NCBI RefSeq assembly: GCF_006345805.1
Contig: NC_042997.1
Span: 128,526,001 to 128,590,000, forward strand
Length of the DNA: 64,000 nucleotides
Direction of reading: 5' to 3'
Source of the DNA: Octopus sinensis
Lineage: Eukaryota
This document shows, in pieces, positions 25,956 through 39,730 of this stretch. The notes below the pieces were generated by a model. That model saw only the letters and a list, made by a program, of their open reading frames with translations. It was not told the DNA's origin and did not search any database. Both the position numbers and the translations under genes were made by a program. Each line of letters starts with the position of its first letter. The first letter of the stretch is position 1.

Positions 25956-28299
25956 ACTACAAGGAGTCTACGGTTGAGTGCATCATCTTGACTGTATTGC
26001 TAGTATCATTTTTTTATCAAGCTTTGGCATAAATAATTAGTGTAATTATTTAGGCCTTCAAAGTTTTTATGGAATTAAATGTTGTCATTTTGACATTGAT
26101 TCGTCTCCTGATCCAACATATTTATTATTAAAGATGTTCCTGTTTATTCAGACAGAATGTATCTAGGAATACACCACTATCCAATGTACCCTTCATTTTG
26201 TAAATAGTAAAAGAAGGATTTGTCTACTGTTTCTAGCAGATTAATTGACTGCATAATATATTTTATTGTAGATGATAAAGAACCACAATAATGGAAAGAA
26301 ACATGATATTTATGTCTTAAAATCCCCACATAACACAACCAGCATAAAAAAGCACTCAGTACACTGTGTAAAGTGGTTGGTGTTAGGAAGGGCATCCAAC
26401 TGTAGAAATCATGTCAAAGCAGACAATGGAGCCTGGTGCAGCTCTCTGGCTTATCAGTTCCTGTCAAGCCATCCAACCCATGCCAGCATGGAAAACAGAT
26501 GTTAAATGACGATGATACTATCTCTGCTGCACCATATTCTGTAATATCATTGTCATGTCATATCCTAAAATATCATATATGCACCATATTGTAACCACTG
26601 TTATCACTACCTCTCTATGCTTTGTACTATCACTGTCATACCATATGATGTCCAAAATATCATATGTAAATGTATATAATTGTTACACTATACACTGATA
26701 GCAATTATTAGTGCCAAACCATACCATATCCTTTAAATCATTGTAGTATGATATTCTATCCTACAATATTATCACTTCACCATATATAATATTGTTAGCT
26801 AATCATTTCATTATTTCACTATTATTATATAATTATCACAATATTTTATAATATATTTATCATATATTTTATCATAATATCCTTAGCATACTATATCATT
26901 ATCATAGTCATAAAATTGATTTCTAATACCGATACAAGGCCGCAAATTCTACGGGGGAAGACTATCGATTAAACAACTCAGTACTTGACTGATACTTACA
27001 TTATCGATCCCAGATGGATCAAAGACAAAGTTAATCTTGATAGAATTGGATTTCAGAACATAAAAAAATATAACTAAATATCACAAGTTCTTTTGTCTGA
27101 TGCTCTAACAATTTTCCCAATCCACTACCTTTATCCATGTTAATTTTGTTATACTGTCAATATCATACACTATTATCGTTATGTCTTTGTCATAACATCA
27201 TTATTATTATGTTATTGTCCTAATAAGATTTTCATGATATCAATAGTCTGTTATATGATGTCATTTCCTAAAATAGTTTATGAATACCACAGTTTAACAT
27301 AGCTAATCAAGTTTCCTTATATTCTTGAGCTAACATTGATGGGTGAAATATTTTAGAAATGATATCGATTGCAATTGTCATAGCCATGATAATAATGTTA
27401 TTAGTGATATGATTAATGAAAAATCATAACTCATATTACTGCATTCTATTTTGTCTGACACTGCAGTCTTATCTACCTCCTGGGATAGGGCTGCTACTAC
27501 ACATGTACACACACCTCCCAGACCACACCCCAAAAATTCCACTAACACACCCAAACCACTGAGTCATAGACATCCTATTCATTCCCTCTGTCTCTTTGTA
27601 GAATTTCATATTCTGTAATTGTCTTAAATTGTTATGCTAATTACTAACAGCTGAATTATATGAGATTACAAATGTCTCTGGAACCTGTGCACTTGTTACA
27701 AAATGTGGATAAAACAACTTTGTCGACAACTTCTGAAGTGTGAAATATGTCTGTGGTTGGATATTGGCTCCTTGAAATTACAGATTATGACACTTTCTTT
27801 ACTCCTGTTATAATGTTATCTGCTCCTCTGAGCAAAAAAAAACTGCATTTCACCACCACTCAATTCTACTCTTTTCATCCACCAGCCATTCCTCTTATCA
27901 AACACACTCACCCTCAAACTTTACACAAAATCTTTCTCTGATCCTTTTTTCCCCTAGACTTCTGGAATTTCCTCTTAAGCTTATATTATACTCGTCAACC
28001 CACAGAGGAAGGATAAAGTTGAGCATCAACTACATCAGTTTTGCCAATAAGGAATGGTGTGTAAAGGTACCTCCTCCTATATAAATCATTAAAAAAATGA
28101 TTAAACATAAAAAATAAAGTGTCCTACTTGTTGTCACTGAGTGCCAGTGGCACTGGGGAAGAAGTAATTTTGAATGGCTAGCCTTAGTGTTGTAATTTGT
28201 TACTATAGAAATAACATTTGCAGCAACAACAGCTATGATACTCTCCTCAGAGCCTTGCTGTTGTTATTGTTTCTACTATCTACCAATACCTTCTGCAGT

Positions 28300-28780
28300 T
28301 TTAGGCCTGAAGACTATCAAATGGATTTTAGTCCCACACATGTAACATATGTGCTTTCTGTCCAGCCATGCCAGTATGATTAACTTCCTTCCCTCTCCCA
28401 CAATGAGATCCAACTCCAGCTTAACTTTCAGCCTTCCAGGATCATTAGGACCTAGATGTATCCATACAGACCTCCACTTTATTACATGTTGTAGATCACC
28501 TCTGTACTCAACACCTGCTTATACTGTGTTGCCAAGAGAATGTCCAGTGAAATTCAACCATAGTTTCAATATCAGTGACCATGAACATCATATTCTTTTT
28601 CTCCATGTACTGCAACATCAACCTGTGAAACAGGTATGGGGTACACTAACTTTGCTTTTCTCTTTGGTTCAACTTCAGTCTTAAAGACCTGGTACACATT
28701 CCTATATACTATGCCTTGGCCACATTATATCATTCATCCCCCAGCTGCACTTTCAGGAGTATTTGGGAGCTCCTTTTAAT
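28300..28780 (-). mobile_element. Possible LINE ORF1 (zinc-knuckle) remnant
   Basis: Decayed frame containing RKHICYMCGTKIH (CxxCxxxxH-like). Weak. Confidence 0.3.
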
Positions 28781-30124
28781 TATTGACAGAGTTATGTTAC
28801 TTTCCTCTTTGCCTAGTCTTGGGTAAATTCATTGTCCATTAAGTCATTCTTTTTTGTGATATACTTCTACACATTCTTTTACCTGGAGCTGATATATGTC
28901 TAGTAACATTTTTGGGTATCACAAGGCTAGTAAAAGATTTTGATGTTGTCAGTGATGCTTTTTTGGTGTTATTTAAATTTATGTTTACATTTCATTTCAC
29001 TTTTGTGCTTCTCAGCTGCGTTTCTGTCTTTTTTATTTATTTATGTATTTATTGGTGTGGAATCTTTCCTTTAATGTGACCCTATGTCTGCAAAAATTTG
29101 CTAGAAATGGGTGTGTTCACTGCTACCATCATTGTAACTACTACAGAGATAAGCTATATTGAACAACTAATAAACAAAGCGAAATTAATTTTTACAAAAG
29201 AATATGTAGACAATAGAATGTTAAAGGACAAATATTTTTTTCACATACCAGCTAATGTGGGGATAAGACATTTAATTATTTTGATGTCCATTGTTTCTGA
29301 AAAAAATCAGCTTAATCAAGTAAACATTGTAAGATATAACTTTTTTCTGGAACTCTGTTACAAGTGCCCATTCAAGTAAACAACACAACAATAATAATTT
29401 CAAACATGGGAACAAAGCCACAGATTTGGGTAAAAGTGGTCGGTCATTTAACTCAATTTGTTATTTCACTTTGATCAGCCTCCACCTGCTCAGAAGGATC
29501 AAAAGAAAAGTTAACCTCAGCAGGGTTTGAACGCTGAATGTGAAAGGGCCCTAAGTTAATATCACTAGACATTTTGTCTGACACCCCAACTATTTTTTGC
29601 CAATCCTTTGCCTATAATGTGCGTAACCAGTAAATGAATACTAATACTACTACTACTACTACTAATAATAATAATAATAATAACCACAATAACAACAACA
29701 ACCATCATTGTCATTATCATCATCATCATAGTTACCAAATGTAAATACCTACTGTTTCATTTTTTTCTTTGCACTTTTTAATAATAACATAATAATGAAT
29801 AATTGGCTTGGATTGGTGATATATGAATTCTGAAATATATGTCATCAGTCTATAGATGAAGGAGATATTTCCTAATAGAAAAAGACATAGAAGTAGTGGG
29901 GGGGAAAAAAAGGTGATTTAAAAGACTTATCTAAATAATAAATGTGAAATATAGAAGTATAATGATGTGTAGAATTATTTTTTAAAAGAAAATCCTCCAT
30001 TTAGAATGACGTTTTATGTTGTAATCTTTTAAAAAATTATTTATAATTTTTATTTTACCTCACATTACACTCTACATAATGTTTTCAGTTGCTTGATAGC
30101 TAGCTAGAAAATTTTGTGTTTTAG

Positions 30125-30191
30125 TTGATAATGCAGAATTTATACAAAATGGAAATTTTTCTGATGCCTATCTAGCTGTAGCTGCTTACAG
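30125..30191 (+). CDS. Candidate internal exon (xDNAEFIQNGNFSDAYLAVAAY), unverified
   Basis: ttttgtgttttag acceptor, CAG|gtacgt donor, 67 nt, open frame. The flanking sequence also resembles a Penelope RT remnant (YKPTD), so it may be cryptic. Confidence 0.3.
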
Positions 30192-31064
30192 GTACGTACA
30201 ATGGAAATAACTGCTCTTATCAGCATGTCAGTTATAAACCAACTGACCACAAAATATCACATGGTTATGCACTTCTTCATACCTGCACAGAAGATGAAAA
30301 ACATGCTGAGAAAATTAAAAGAAAAAAAATGGATAAGAAAATACTAAATAATGGCAACATGAATAACAAGAACAACAATAATAATAGTAATCATAATTGT
30401 ATCAAAAAATAATAATAGTAATAACAATAATGATGATATTGGCAGGTATTTTACATAAATCTTCTCTACATGTAATCGAATGTGAACATTCTTTGAAAAG
30501 AATCTTGATAATGTTCATCTTTGTGGGTGCCCTGAAGTCAGGGGATGAATATTCCAAGAACATCCAAGGCTTTTAAACATCAGTGAAGCAATAGAAAAAA
30601 AAAGAAGAAAAAAAGGAAAAGTGATGAAGAAAGACAGAAAGAAAAACCCCTTCAGTTTGATTTCGTTACTTTACATGGAAAAATGATGTCTGAGAAAATG
30701 AGATTGTACATTTTTTTTTTTTTTTCTGCTTCTCTCTTCCACGGAATCATTCTTTACTAAGTACCTTAAATACACACACAAATACACATACACACACAGT
30801 TTCTGTCTCTTTTAGGCTCACTGCCTCACTCCACTTTCTACTCACACTCTCTCTTCTATTCATTCCACTTTCTTTAACATTACCTGCCTCTGTCCCCACC
30901 TTCTGCTCCCGCAATCAACAATATTTTTACTTTCCATTATATTTTCTTTACATCATCAATATCATATTTGCTTCACCACCATCTGCACACACGTGTGTGA
31001 TTGAGCATCTACATTATGCCTCTCTCTTTCTCTTCTCTCTCTCTCTCTCTACATATATATATAC

Positions 31065-31110
<46 letters not shown>

Positions 31111-31140
31111 TATATATACACACATATATACATATACATG

Positions 31141-31178
<38 letters not shown>

Positions 31179-32352
31179 AATACACATTCATTTATACATA
31201 CATACACACACACACAACATATGTTACACAAGTTAACAGATCTTCAATGGTTTCGTCACTTCAGATGATGAGTATTCCAATTCAATAAAACGAAGCACAT
31301 AGTCAATGAATTTTTATGTAAGTGGCTGAGTATTCCGTGGACTCTTGTGGCTTTAATGTAATACTAAAGCAGAATCAGTGTGACACAGTGTATGTGACAA
31401 GGCTGGCCCCTTACATTACAGATGCAGTCCATCCATCAGGCTTTCACACGGCTTTCATCTATCTAGTTTCATTCAAGGATAAGGTAAAAAAAGATACCTG
31501 TACAAGGTTCCTCATTGGAATTGAACCCAGTACATCAGTATTGTAATGAATATTTCTTAACCACTCAGCTATGCCTGCATTATTGTATACATATGTATAC
31601 ATGCATATATACATCATCACCATGATAGATATATGTAGGCAGATAAACAGGCACACATGTATATATTTGTATGTATATATATATATATATATATGTCAAA
31701 TAATGTGTGTGTGTGCATATATATAAAACAATACATTGAAATATATATCTGTGTGCATACACACACATATTTATGCACATATTGTTTTCTAGTAAAAAAA
31801 AAGTCATGATAAATAGCTTTTAATACCTGCGCCTTTTTATGTTGTTATTATTATTATTTTTACCAAATATGAACATTTCAGTTTTCCTTTATCATGTCAG
31901 TATTAAATGTGAGTTCACTTTTGAAGACATTTTCATTATTTTCAACCTTGCTTGGTTAAGCAGAATGATCTTGCTATAAACCTCTGCTGATGCAATCATC
32001 AATATGGTTTCAGTTTAGGTTTTACTTGTTCATTTTAACATTCATGAAAAAGAATTTTTTTTTAAAAAAAGAAAAGAAAACGTTTTTTTCCTTTTGTCCA
32101 ACCTGCCGTCATTTTTTTTTTACCTTATTTATTGGTTGAGAGACCATATAACTTCCAATCATTGTACATGTTTAGTTAGGAAATCAACTGAGTATGTTAG
32201 AATAAATAATCTAGTTATTGCAGTGTGGGAACTCATATTCAACAACAGACATAGTTTCAGCAGTGAAATTAGTTTCGTTTGTTTCATCCCCAGATGTTTC
32301 AGTGTTCTAAGCTGCTTAGTTACACCTTTCCTTAATATCTCCATTCTCAGAT

Positions 32353-33170
32353 AGTTCTATATACTTCTCTGTTTATTTGTCATCACTGCAGTTTGTCAGT
32401 TCTATATACTTCTCTGTTTATTTGTCATCACTGCAGTTTGTCATATGCCCTAGCTAGTTACAACTGTTCTACTGTTTATTTTACAGAGTTAGTACAGTTC
32501 TGGTGTTTGTTCTAGTTAGTTACTACAGTCCTAACATTTGTCCTAGCTAGTTTGTATAACACTGTTGCTTGTCCTAACTAATAAGTAAGGTTCTTTTGTT
32601 TGTCCAAGCTAGTAATTACATTTCTGCTGTTTGTCAGTGAGTGCAGTTAGTCATTAAGTCCTAGTGTATGCCCTAGATAATTATTAAATTCCTATTTGTC
32701 TCAGCTGGTACGTATATTCTTCCTCATCATTCTAGTTTGCACCATTATTTCATACAGTTCTTCAATGTGTCCCAGCCTATTAATACTGTCTTGTTCTTTG
32801 TCCTCTTTAGTATTATTAATTTATGATCCTTGTGTACCTCCTAGATAATTATTAAAATCCTACTGCTTGTCCTAACTATTATGTTCTTGCTCCTTATTCT
32901 ACTTTGCACAGTTGATTAATACAGTCTTCCAATATGTACTAGCTAGATAGTAAAGTCCTCCAGTGTATCCTGGCTAGCTAGCCCAATGTTGCTATTTTGC
33001 TTAACTTAGTATTATTCCCACAGAGAGTGGGCTTAGTATTTTTCCTAACTGGTACTACCCCACCATTTGTCTTAATTATAGACTGAAGCCATTTGTTGTA
33101 ACCAGTTGCTACAGTCTTGCTATTTGTCCTAATTAGTTAATAATGATCTATCATAGTTGTACTCAGAAAA
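32353..33170. repeat. Degenerate minisatellite (ctagctagtta...tttgtc, about 35-45 bp) with an exact 45-bp tandem pair at its start
   Basis: 32353-32397 is identical to 32398-32442. Recurring gtcctagctag/tttgtcct cores downstream. Confidence 0.75.
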
Positions 33171-33830
33171 GTCTAAATATCTCCAGTTACCTCCAAGTAA
33201 TATAGACGACCTCATGGTATTAAGCTGATAATTATTCCATTTTGAATAGAATGTAAGCCTATCACAGATAACATTCCTAGATGAACTGATACATATTCCT
33301 GGGTAAACAATGCAGTGTATTTGGCATATTTCTTACAAAGTACTTCCTGTTGATTTGAACTCAAGATCTTTGAACTGGTAGCTCAATACTTTATCCATTA
33401 GACCATTTTGTCTGAATTCATTAAGTTTCACTCTCATTTGTATTAAATAATTGTGTTTTGATATTTCCATCATCTTATAATCTTTTAAATGAAAAATAGT
33501 GGTTTTAGAGAAGATCTGTTCATTAATATCATCACTGTTATACTATGGTAGCAACCAAATGTTCCTCAAATCACACACTACCCTCTTATATATTTATATA
33601 TATATGGACTCTAATATAAGCACAAGGCCTGAAATTTTGTGGGAGAGATAATCAATTGCATTAACCCCAGTGCTCAACTGATACTTATTTTATCAACCCC
33701 TGACAGCATGAAAGGCAATGTCAACCTTGGCATAATTTGAACTCATAACATAAAGCCAAAACAAATACCGCTTAAAATTTTGTTCAACATGCTAATAATT
33801 GTGTCAGCTTGCTACCTTCATATCCTTGTC

Positions 33831-34023
33831 TGGCACCTGTGCCGGTGGCACGTAAAAAGCACCCACTACACTCACGGAGTGGTTGGCGTTAGGAAGGGCA
33901 TCCAGCCGTAGAAACATTGCCAGATCAGACTGGGCCTGGTGCAGCCTTCTGGCTTCCCAGACCCCAGTTGAACTGTCCAACACATGCTAGCATGGAAAGC
34001 GGATGCTAAACGATGATGATGAT
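33831..34023 (+). mobile_element. RTE-associated tail repeat S5 (well conserved)
   Basis: gtggcacgtaaaaagcacccactacactcacggagtggttggcgttaggaagggcatccagc...gatgatgat. Confidence 0.85.
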
Positions 34024-34252
34024 ATATATTAACTGTTACAACTATGTAAGGAACACTGTCTATCCTTATAATGCAATGCATAGGTATCAAAACCACAGGC
34101 TTACAATTCATTAACAGAATTAAGCATTGATGAATTGCATATATTGTTTCTTGTCAGACATATCCTGTCCTAGACAGATGACTGTTATAACAGTTTTAGT
34201 TCTTTCTGCCCTGATTTTCAAAAGCAGTGACTTGACTACAAGGTTTCTCTCT

Positions 34253-34310
<58 letters not shown>

Positions 34311-34640
34311 TCCCCTCCCTCACACACACACCCACAGAGGAATTAGAGATTTAATCACTCTTAATGGTCATATAGTAAGCAAACCATTCTGAGTATTTCT
34401 GTGTCCCCATGAATCCAGTGTAAGAGCACGGTGAAAAAGTTCAACAAGCAATAACAGGATTCTCTTACGAGATAAAAGTAGATTGTATGACGCTTGTTTA
34501 CAAAGTGCAGTGTTGCATGGTAGCAAAATGTGGGCATTAAATGCAAAAGTTGTATGAAAATGGGGAAAGGGGAAAATGAGCAGGTTCCAGAAGTTATGTA
34601 ATGTTAATATGCAAAAATGAATGAGCATATGCATATTATA

Positions 34641-36244
34641 TTGGGTTGGTAAGAAAGTAATTTCGGTTTTTTAGTGTGAAATAAAAGTTATTTTCTTTTT
34701 CATACAAAGAATGAATTTTAATCAATTATATATTTTCCGTTTTGCTTGATGACCTTTTGCCATCTTTCTAGCAACTTCATGATTCTGCGCCCATAGAACT
34801 TCTGATCCTTATCAGCCAAAAACTGAAACAAGCGTAATTTCAGGTCATCATCATTATTGAAAGTTTTACCATTCAAAGAATTTTGCAAACTTCAAAGTAA
34901 ATGGTGTTTTGATGGTGCAAGTTTAGGGCTACATGGTGGATGTGATATCACTTCCCAACCAAGCACCAATAATTTTTCAGGGGTCAGCAAAGACGTGTGT
35001 GGTCTAGTGTTGTTATAGTGGAACACAAGTGAGGGCGCGTGGCTTAGTGGTTAGGGCATTCGGCTCATGATCGTAAGGTTGTGAGTTCGATTCCCGGCGA
35101 CGCGTTGTGTCCTTGAGCAAGACACTTTATTTCACGTTGCTCCAGTCCACTCAGCTGGCAAAAATGAGTTGTACTTGTATTTCAAAGGGTCAGCCTTGTC
35201 ACTCTCTGTGTCACGCTGATTATCCTCGAGAACTACGTTAAGGATACACGTGTCTGTGGAATGCTCAGCCATTTGCACGTTAATTTCACGAGCAAGCTGT
35301 TCCGTTGATCGTATCAGCTGGGACCCTCGTCGTCGTAACCGGCGGAGTCTTTAAGAAGTGGAACACAATTCCTTTATGATTTGCCAATTCTGGCCATTTT
35401 TCTTTGATTGCTTCCTCTTGTTTCATTAGCTGTTGACAGTAAACATCTGAATTGATTGTTTGGTTCCTTAGAAAGCAGCTCAAAATACACAACACCTTTG
35501 TAATCCCACCAAGTTGACAGCATAACCTTCTTCGGATGCAATTCAGCTTTTGATGTGGTTTGTGCTGGTTCATTACTCGGGACCATGATCGTTTTTGATT
35601 GATATTATTGTAGATAATCCATTTTTCATCACCGTGATGATTTGTTTCAAAAAATGGTTGATTTCATAGCATTTGAGATGCATATTGCAAATATTGATTA
35701 GTTGTGTTAAATGAATCTCTTTCAATTTATGTGGAACCCAAATATCAAGCCTCTTAACGAGTCCAAGACATTTTCAGTGGTTTTCAATTCTTGTGTGTGA
35801 TACATTTTTCTCTGCAATCTTTCACATAGTTATATGACAATCAGATTCAATTATGGCTTTGATTCGGTCATCATCAACTTCAGCAGGTCAACCAGAACAT
35901 TGGTCATCTTTAAATGAAAAATCTCCAGAACAGAACTTTTTAAACCATTTCTGTTAACACTATAAACTTCACATATCTCTTTATGAGCCTCTGCAGCTTT
36001 CTTGCTTTTACGGAAATAAAAAATCAAAATGTGGTGAAAATATTCGTTTTTGCACTCCATGTTAAAACTGACACTGAACTAACAGCTGTAAATAAAATTA
36101 CGCACAATTTACTACTAAAGTAAGCTAAAGGTAACGGCTATCAAATATCAAAAGGAAAACATCATAACATTGACAAAAGTCATTCAAAAAAATCGTAACT
36201 CTATCTATTTGCGCAAAGACGAAGTTACTTTCTTGCCAACCCAA
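34641..36244 (-). mobile_element. Full-length mariner (mellifera-like DD34D), inactive, with SINE insertion
   Basis: TA-flanked TIRs ttgggttggtaagaaagtaatttcg / cgaagttactttcttgccaacccaa. Transposase from ATG 36060 (MECKNEYFHHILIFYFRK), then GDEKWIIYNN, KKVMLSTWWDYKGVVYFELL, VFHYNNTRPH, HPPCSPKLAPS. About 1.26 kb once the SINE and one TSD are removed. Confidence 0.95.
35029..35356 (+). mobile_element. tRNA-derived SINE, family S2 (CORE-like), with 12-bp TSD
   Basis: Head ggcgcgtggcttagtggttagggc...gagttcgattccc. TSD agtggaacacaa at 35017-28 and 35357-68. Confidence 0.92.
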
Positions 36245-39200
36245 TACATAAATAAGAACATGGAAGACATGTTAAATAATGATGATACACTCTAAAGTAA
36301 AATTTACCAGAAAGATACAGCAAACAATTCAGAGAGGGAGAGGAAGGGAAGATAAAAGGGATCAATAAATAAGACAGTGAGCTATGTTCGTTCACCACAG
36401 TTAACAGAGAAGTAGTTAAGGGAAAAGAGACAGTCGGTTACTTTTATAAAAGTTGAGAGAGCAAGTAATATGCCACTAATCTTGTAAGCTGATTGTACTG
36501 ATAGAAGCTTGTTTTACAAATTGATTGTCAATCTGATTATCATCATTTTCCTCCTCCGCCATCTTCTTTCCATCATGTTGGGCTAGATGACAGATGTACC
36601 ATTTAACCTGATAATTATAGAATTTGTCTAGCATTGTTCCATCACTGTGTCTTTTGAAACTAATGATATTTAGGGGCTACTACTCCTCACTAGACTTTAC
36701 AATAGTTAGGATTTACACCCTCATCTGGCCTTAAAGTGTAAATAGTACTAAGTAAAATTTGTTTGGGATTCTTTGCTGCAGTGTCTTTCTTGAAGAAACC
36801 TGGGAGACACCAGGATTGATCCTTTATTTTAATTACCTCAGAAGGATGAAAGGCAATTAGATTTGAACTCAGTATGATTTGAATTTTGAACTAAAAGGGC
36901 AAAAATTAAATGCCACAAAGAACATTGCTCAATATTCTTATGGTTGTGCCACTCAATTGCTCATTATTACAATTGTGAAATATGTAAAAGATTTTCTAAT
37001 GAATACTGAAACTATCATCTACTACTGTCCATCCCTGTCATTTGTCATCTTTTTCCCATTTTTCTTTCAGTGTTTTCATCATTTCTAACATTTATTGCAC
37101 CCAATGTTGGTGAAATGAATTTGTAAATTTAAAAAATTCGATTTTTATAGCAGCTTTCATTTTGAAACTTTAATTAAGTATGGCTTTTGAAGAAAATCTT
37201 TGAAAACAACTGACAAAGTCCAGTCAAAGTTTCATTCATAAAAGAGGAAAAACAATAGATACCACTTGTGAAAGTAGCTTTAAATTTAAATAACTTTCTT
37301 GTGATCAATGTTTTATTGATACATATTGATTTCCTTGATTATAAAAGAAGTTCAATTTAAGTTGAAGACTCTATAGAATGTTTCAGGTATATTAATTTTG
37401 TCCCAGTCAGACTGCTATATTATTAATATTTTCATTTCTAAGAAACTTAGAAATATATTGCTTAGTTGATGTGAAATAATTTATTTCTTGTTTTTCTGTA
37501 AAGAAATACACAATTCTGCTTCGTAAAACATTAATTATTTGTTCTTGTGTTATTTATTTACTTTCTTATCAGCTATAAATATTAATTATTTACTTCACAT
37601 GAGACCAGAACAGTCCCACTACCCCCAACACCCCCATTACAGAAAGACTTATGACTTCTTTAAATAAGCTACATTAATATAAAGGTATAAGTTCTATTGC
37701 TGTATTATAAGATGATACTCTTCTCTGTAATACATTGACACAAGTATCATTTAGCTTTGACTTATTTCAATAAACAAGACATCAATTTAAGAAATTTAGC
37801 TGTATTGTTGAGTCATTTTCTCCAATGGAATTTGCTCTTTTATAAAAGAATTCTTGGGGAATCTACATAGGGATTGTCTATTGAATTGTTTCATTCTTCT
37901 CTGTTTTGTCTAGTGTAAATATTTATAACAACAGTTCAGTTACTTTTATCCTATGTTTTGATTCCCTATCTTAAACTATTGATTTCCCTCCTTACTTCCA
38001 CTAACAACCCACCACCTCTTGCATCATGATAAATGTTCTGAATCGGTGTTCTTTTACTGCTCTTTACCTTAAAGACTACACTAACAAATATTCATGAATA
38101 ATGGATGTATTTCACTGTCTAGGGAGCACATGTTGATTTAGTGCGTTCTTGACTTTAATATTGTTCCATCCCACAGACCTTTGCCTACACACCTCTTTCT
38201 ACATCTTTATTAATATCACTTACACTTTTCACTACTTCTTTTTCTGCATCTCATCCCTTCCTAGTCAACTCATACAGTTTTCATTCACCATTATTCTCTT
38301 TCACAAGCTTTCCTTTCTTTCTTCAAGTCTATTTCTTTTTCCTCCTCTGTTGCCGAAAAATAATATATTATCTATCATTGAAAAGTTCTGAATCAATATT
38401 TTCCTCATATTGGTCTTTCTAATTGACTAATCTACTGAGCTGTTAACCAGTTGAGACCAGTCTGAGAGATGGAGAGGCCAATAAACAGGAGGTGCTTTAT
38501 ATCATTTAGAAAATCTTGTATCCATTTTCAGCAAGAACTAAAGTGGCAAACAAGCATGTCTTATAATCTGTTTTATTCTCCCTTTACAATCATTTTACTA
38601 TGTGACACTTTTGACCCCATGAATAAATAGATGGTGTGAAATCTGGATGGCACTTAGCTGTTTGCCTTTGTATGTGAATGTGTGTGTGTTTATATGTAAG
38701 TGTATGTGCATATTATCTCATACATATAATTTATGCATCTTTAATCACACACTCATTCTCATAAAACTACTATCATCTTCATCAAAATTATTCTGATTTA
38801 TATGCATATACAAGCTATATCTGTTCATATATATTAAAAGTCAGAGATATTTATGCAAGCTTATATTACTAAACCAATTTATGTGGTTCCAGTTGTTGGC
38901 AATTTAGCTATTTGCTGTTTTGTTCAAGCAGTTGGCATGTTTCCCATTTTACTATTGACCTTTTCTAACAGGAACTTAATGTCTTGCATATATTTTTCAG
39001 ATCTTTACTTTTGAGATTGATATTTTCTTCGGATCAACTTTTCACTTTAAATGTTTTAGAAACTAACAAATCCATTGATAAATGGTGCCTTGATATTGAT
39101 TTTGTGTGCAGAATGTGTTAAATTATATGTATATATTTATTACTGTTGTTGTTTTTGTTGCATGCTTAGAGTGTGCAGAGCACTGTAATTTATGCATTTG

Positions 39201-39489
39201 TGGAAGAAATCTTGTGAATGACCTTGAAGAGGCTAATACTGAGGGAATTAAATTGGAGTATAGTCCCTATGGTAGTCAAATTGATTATATTCTCTCAGCC
39301 AAAGTGGGATCAAAAGTGTTCTACATGCCTTTCAACTCTCATAACAAGACTGTGAGAAGGGTACTGACGTCTTAGTAAACCTAGAATTTCTATACAAATA
39401 TGTCAAGATTTTGATCTGGAGACCACTCCAATGATATCATCAATAGCCAGTAATGGCTATTTTTCTAAAGTAGCTTCCTAGTCATAGGA

Positions 39490-39730
39490 AAGCTGTACTG
39501 TGGAAACAAACATTATTCAGTAATGACCTGGAGATCACACCAGTGCTCTAATCAGTAGTCATGACCCAAAGTCCACTCTCCATTGATATAATCCACAGGT
39601 AGTCATGACATGAGTTCATACCAGTAACATAAATCAGAGCTAGTGACTTCATTCATAGTCCATAAAATCTTGGAGGTCATTCACAGCCAGTCATCATGAC
39701 CTGGAAATCACACCAGTGCTATAATCCCCA
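39490..39730. repeat. Degenerate tandem repeat (catgacctggaaatcacaccagtgct core)
   Basis: atgacctggagatcacaccagtgctcta at about 39523 and atgacctggaaatcacaccagtgctata at about 39697, with shorter gtcatgac cores between. Confidence 0.6.

Noticed and set aside
35031-35100. tRNA-like sequences (also about 10915-10980, 42162-42240, 61979-62050)
   Set aside because: These are SINE heads with A/B boxes continuing into SINE bodies, not complete cloverleaf tRNA genes.
39106-39375. 89-aa ORF containing SQIDYIL
   Set aside because: IDYIL is a common LINE AP-endonuclease motif and there are no splice signals; likely a retroelement scrap.
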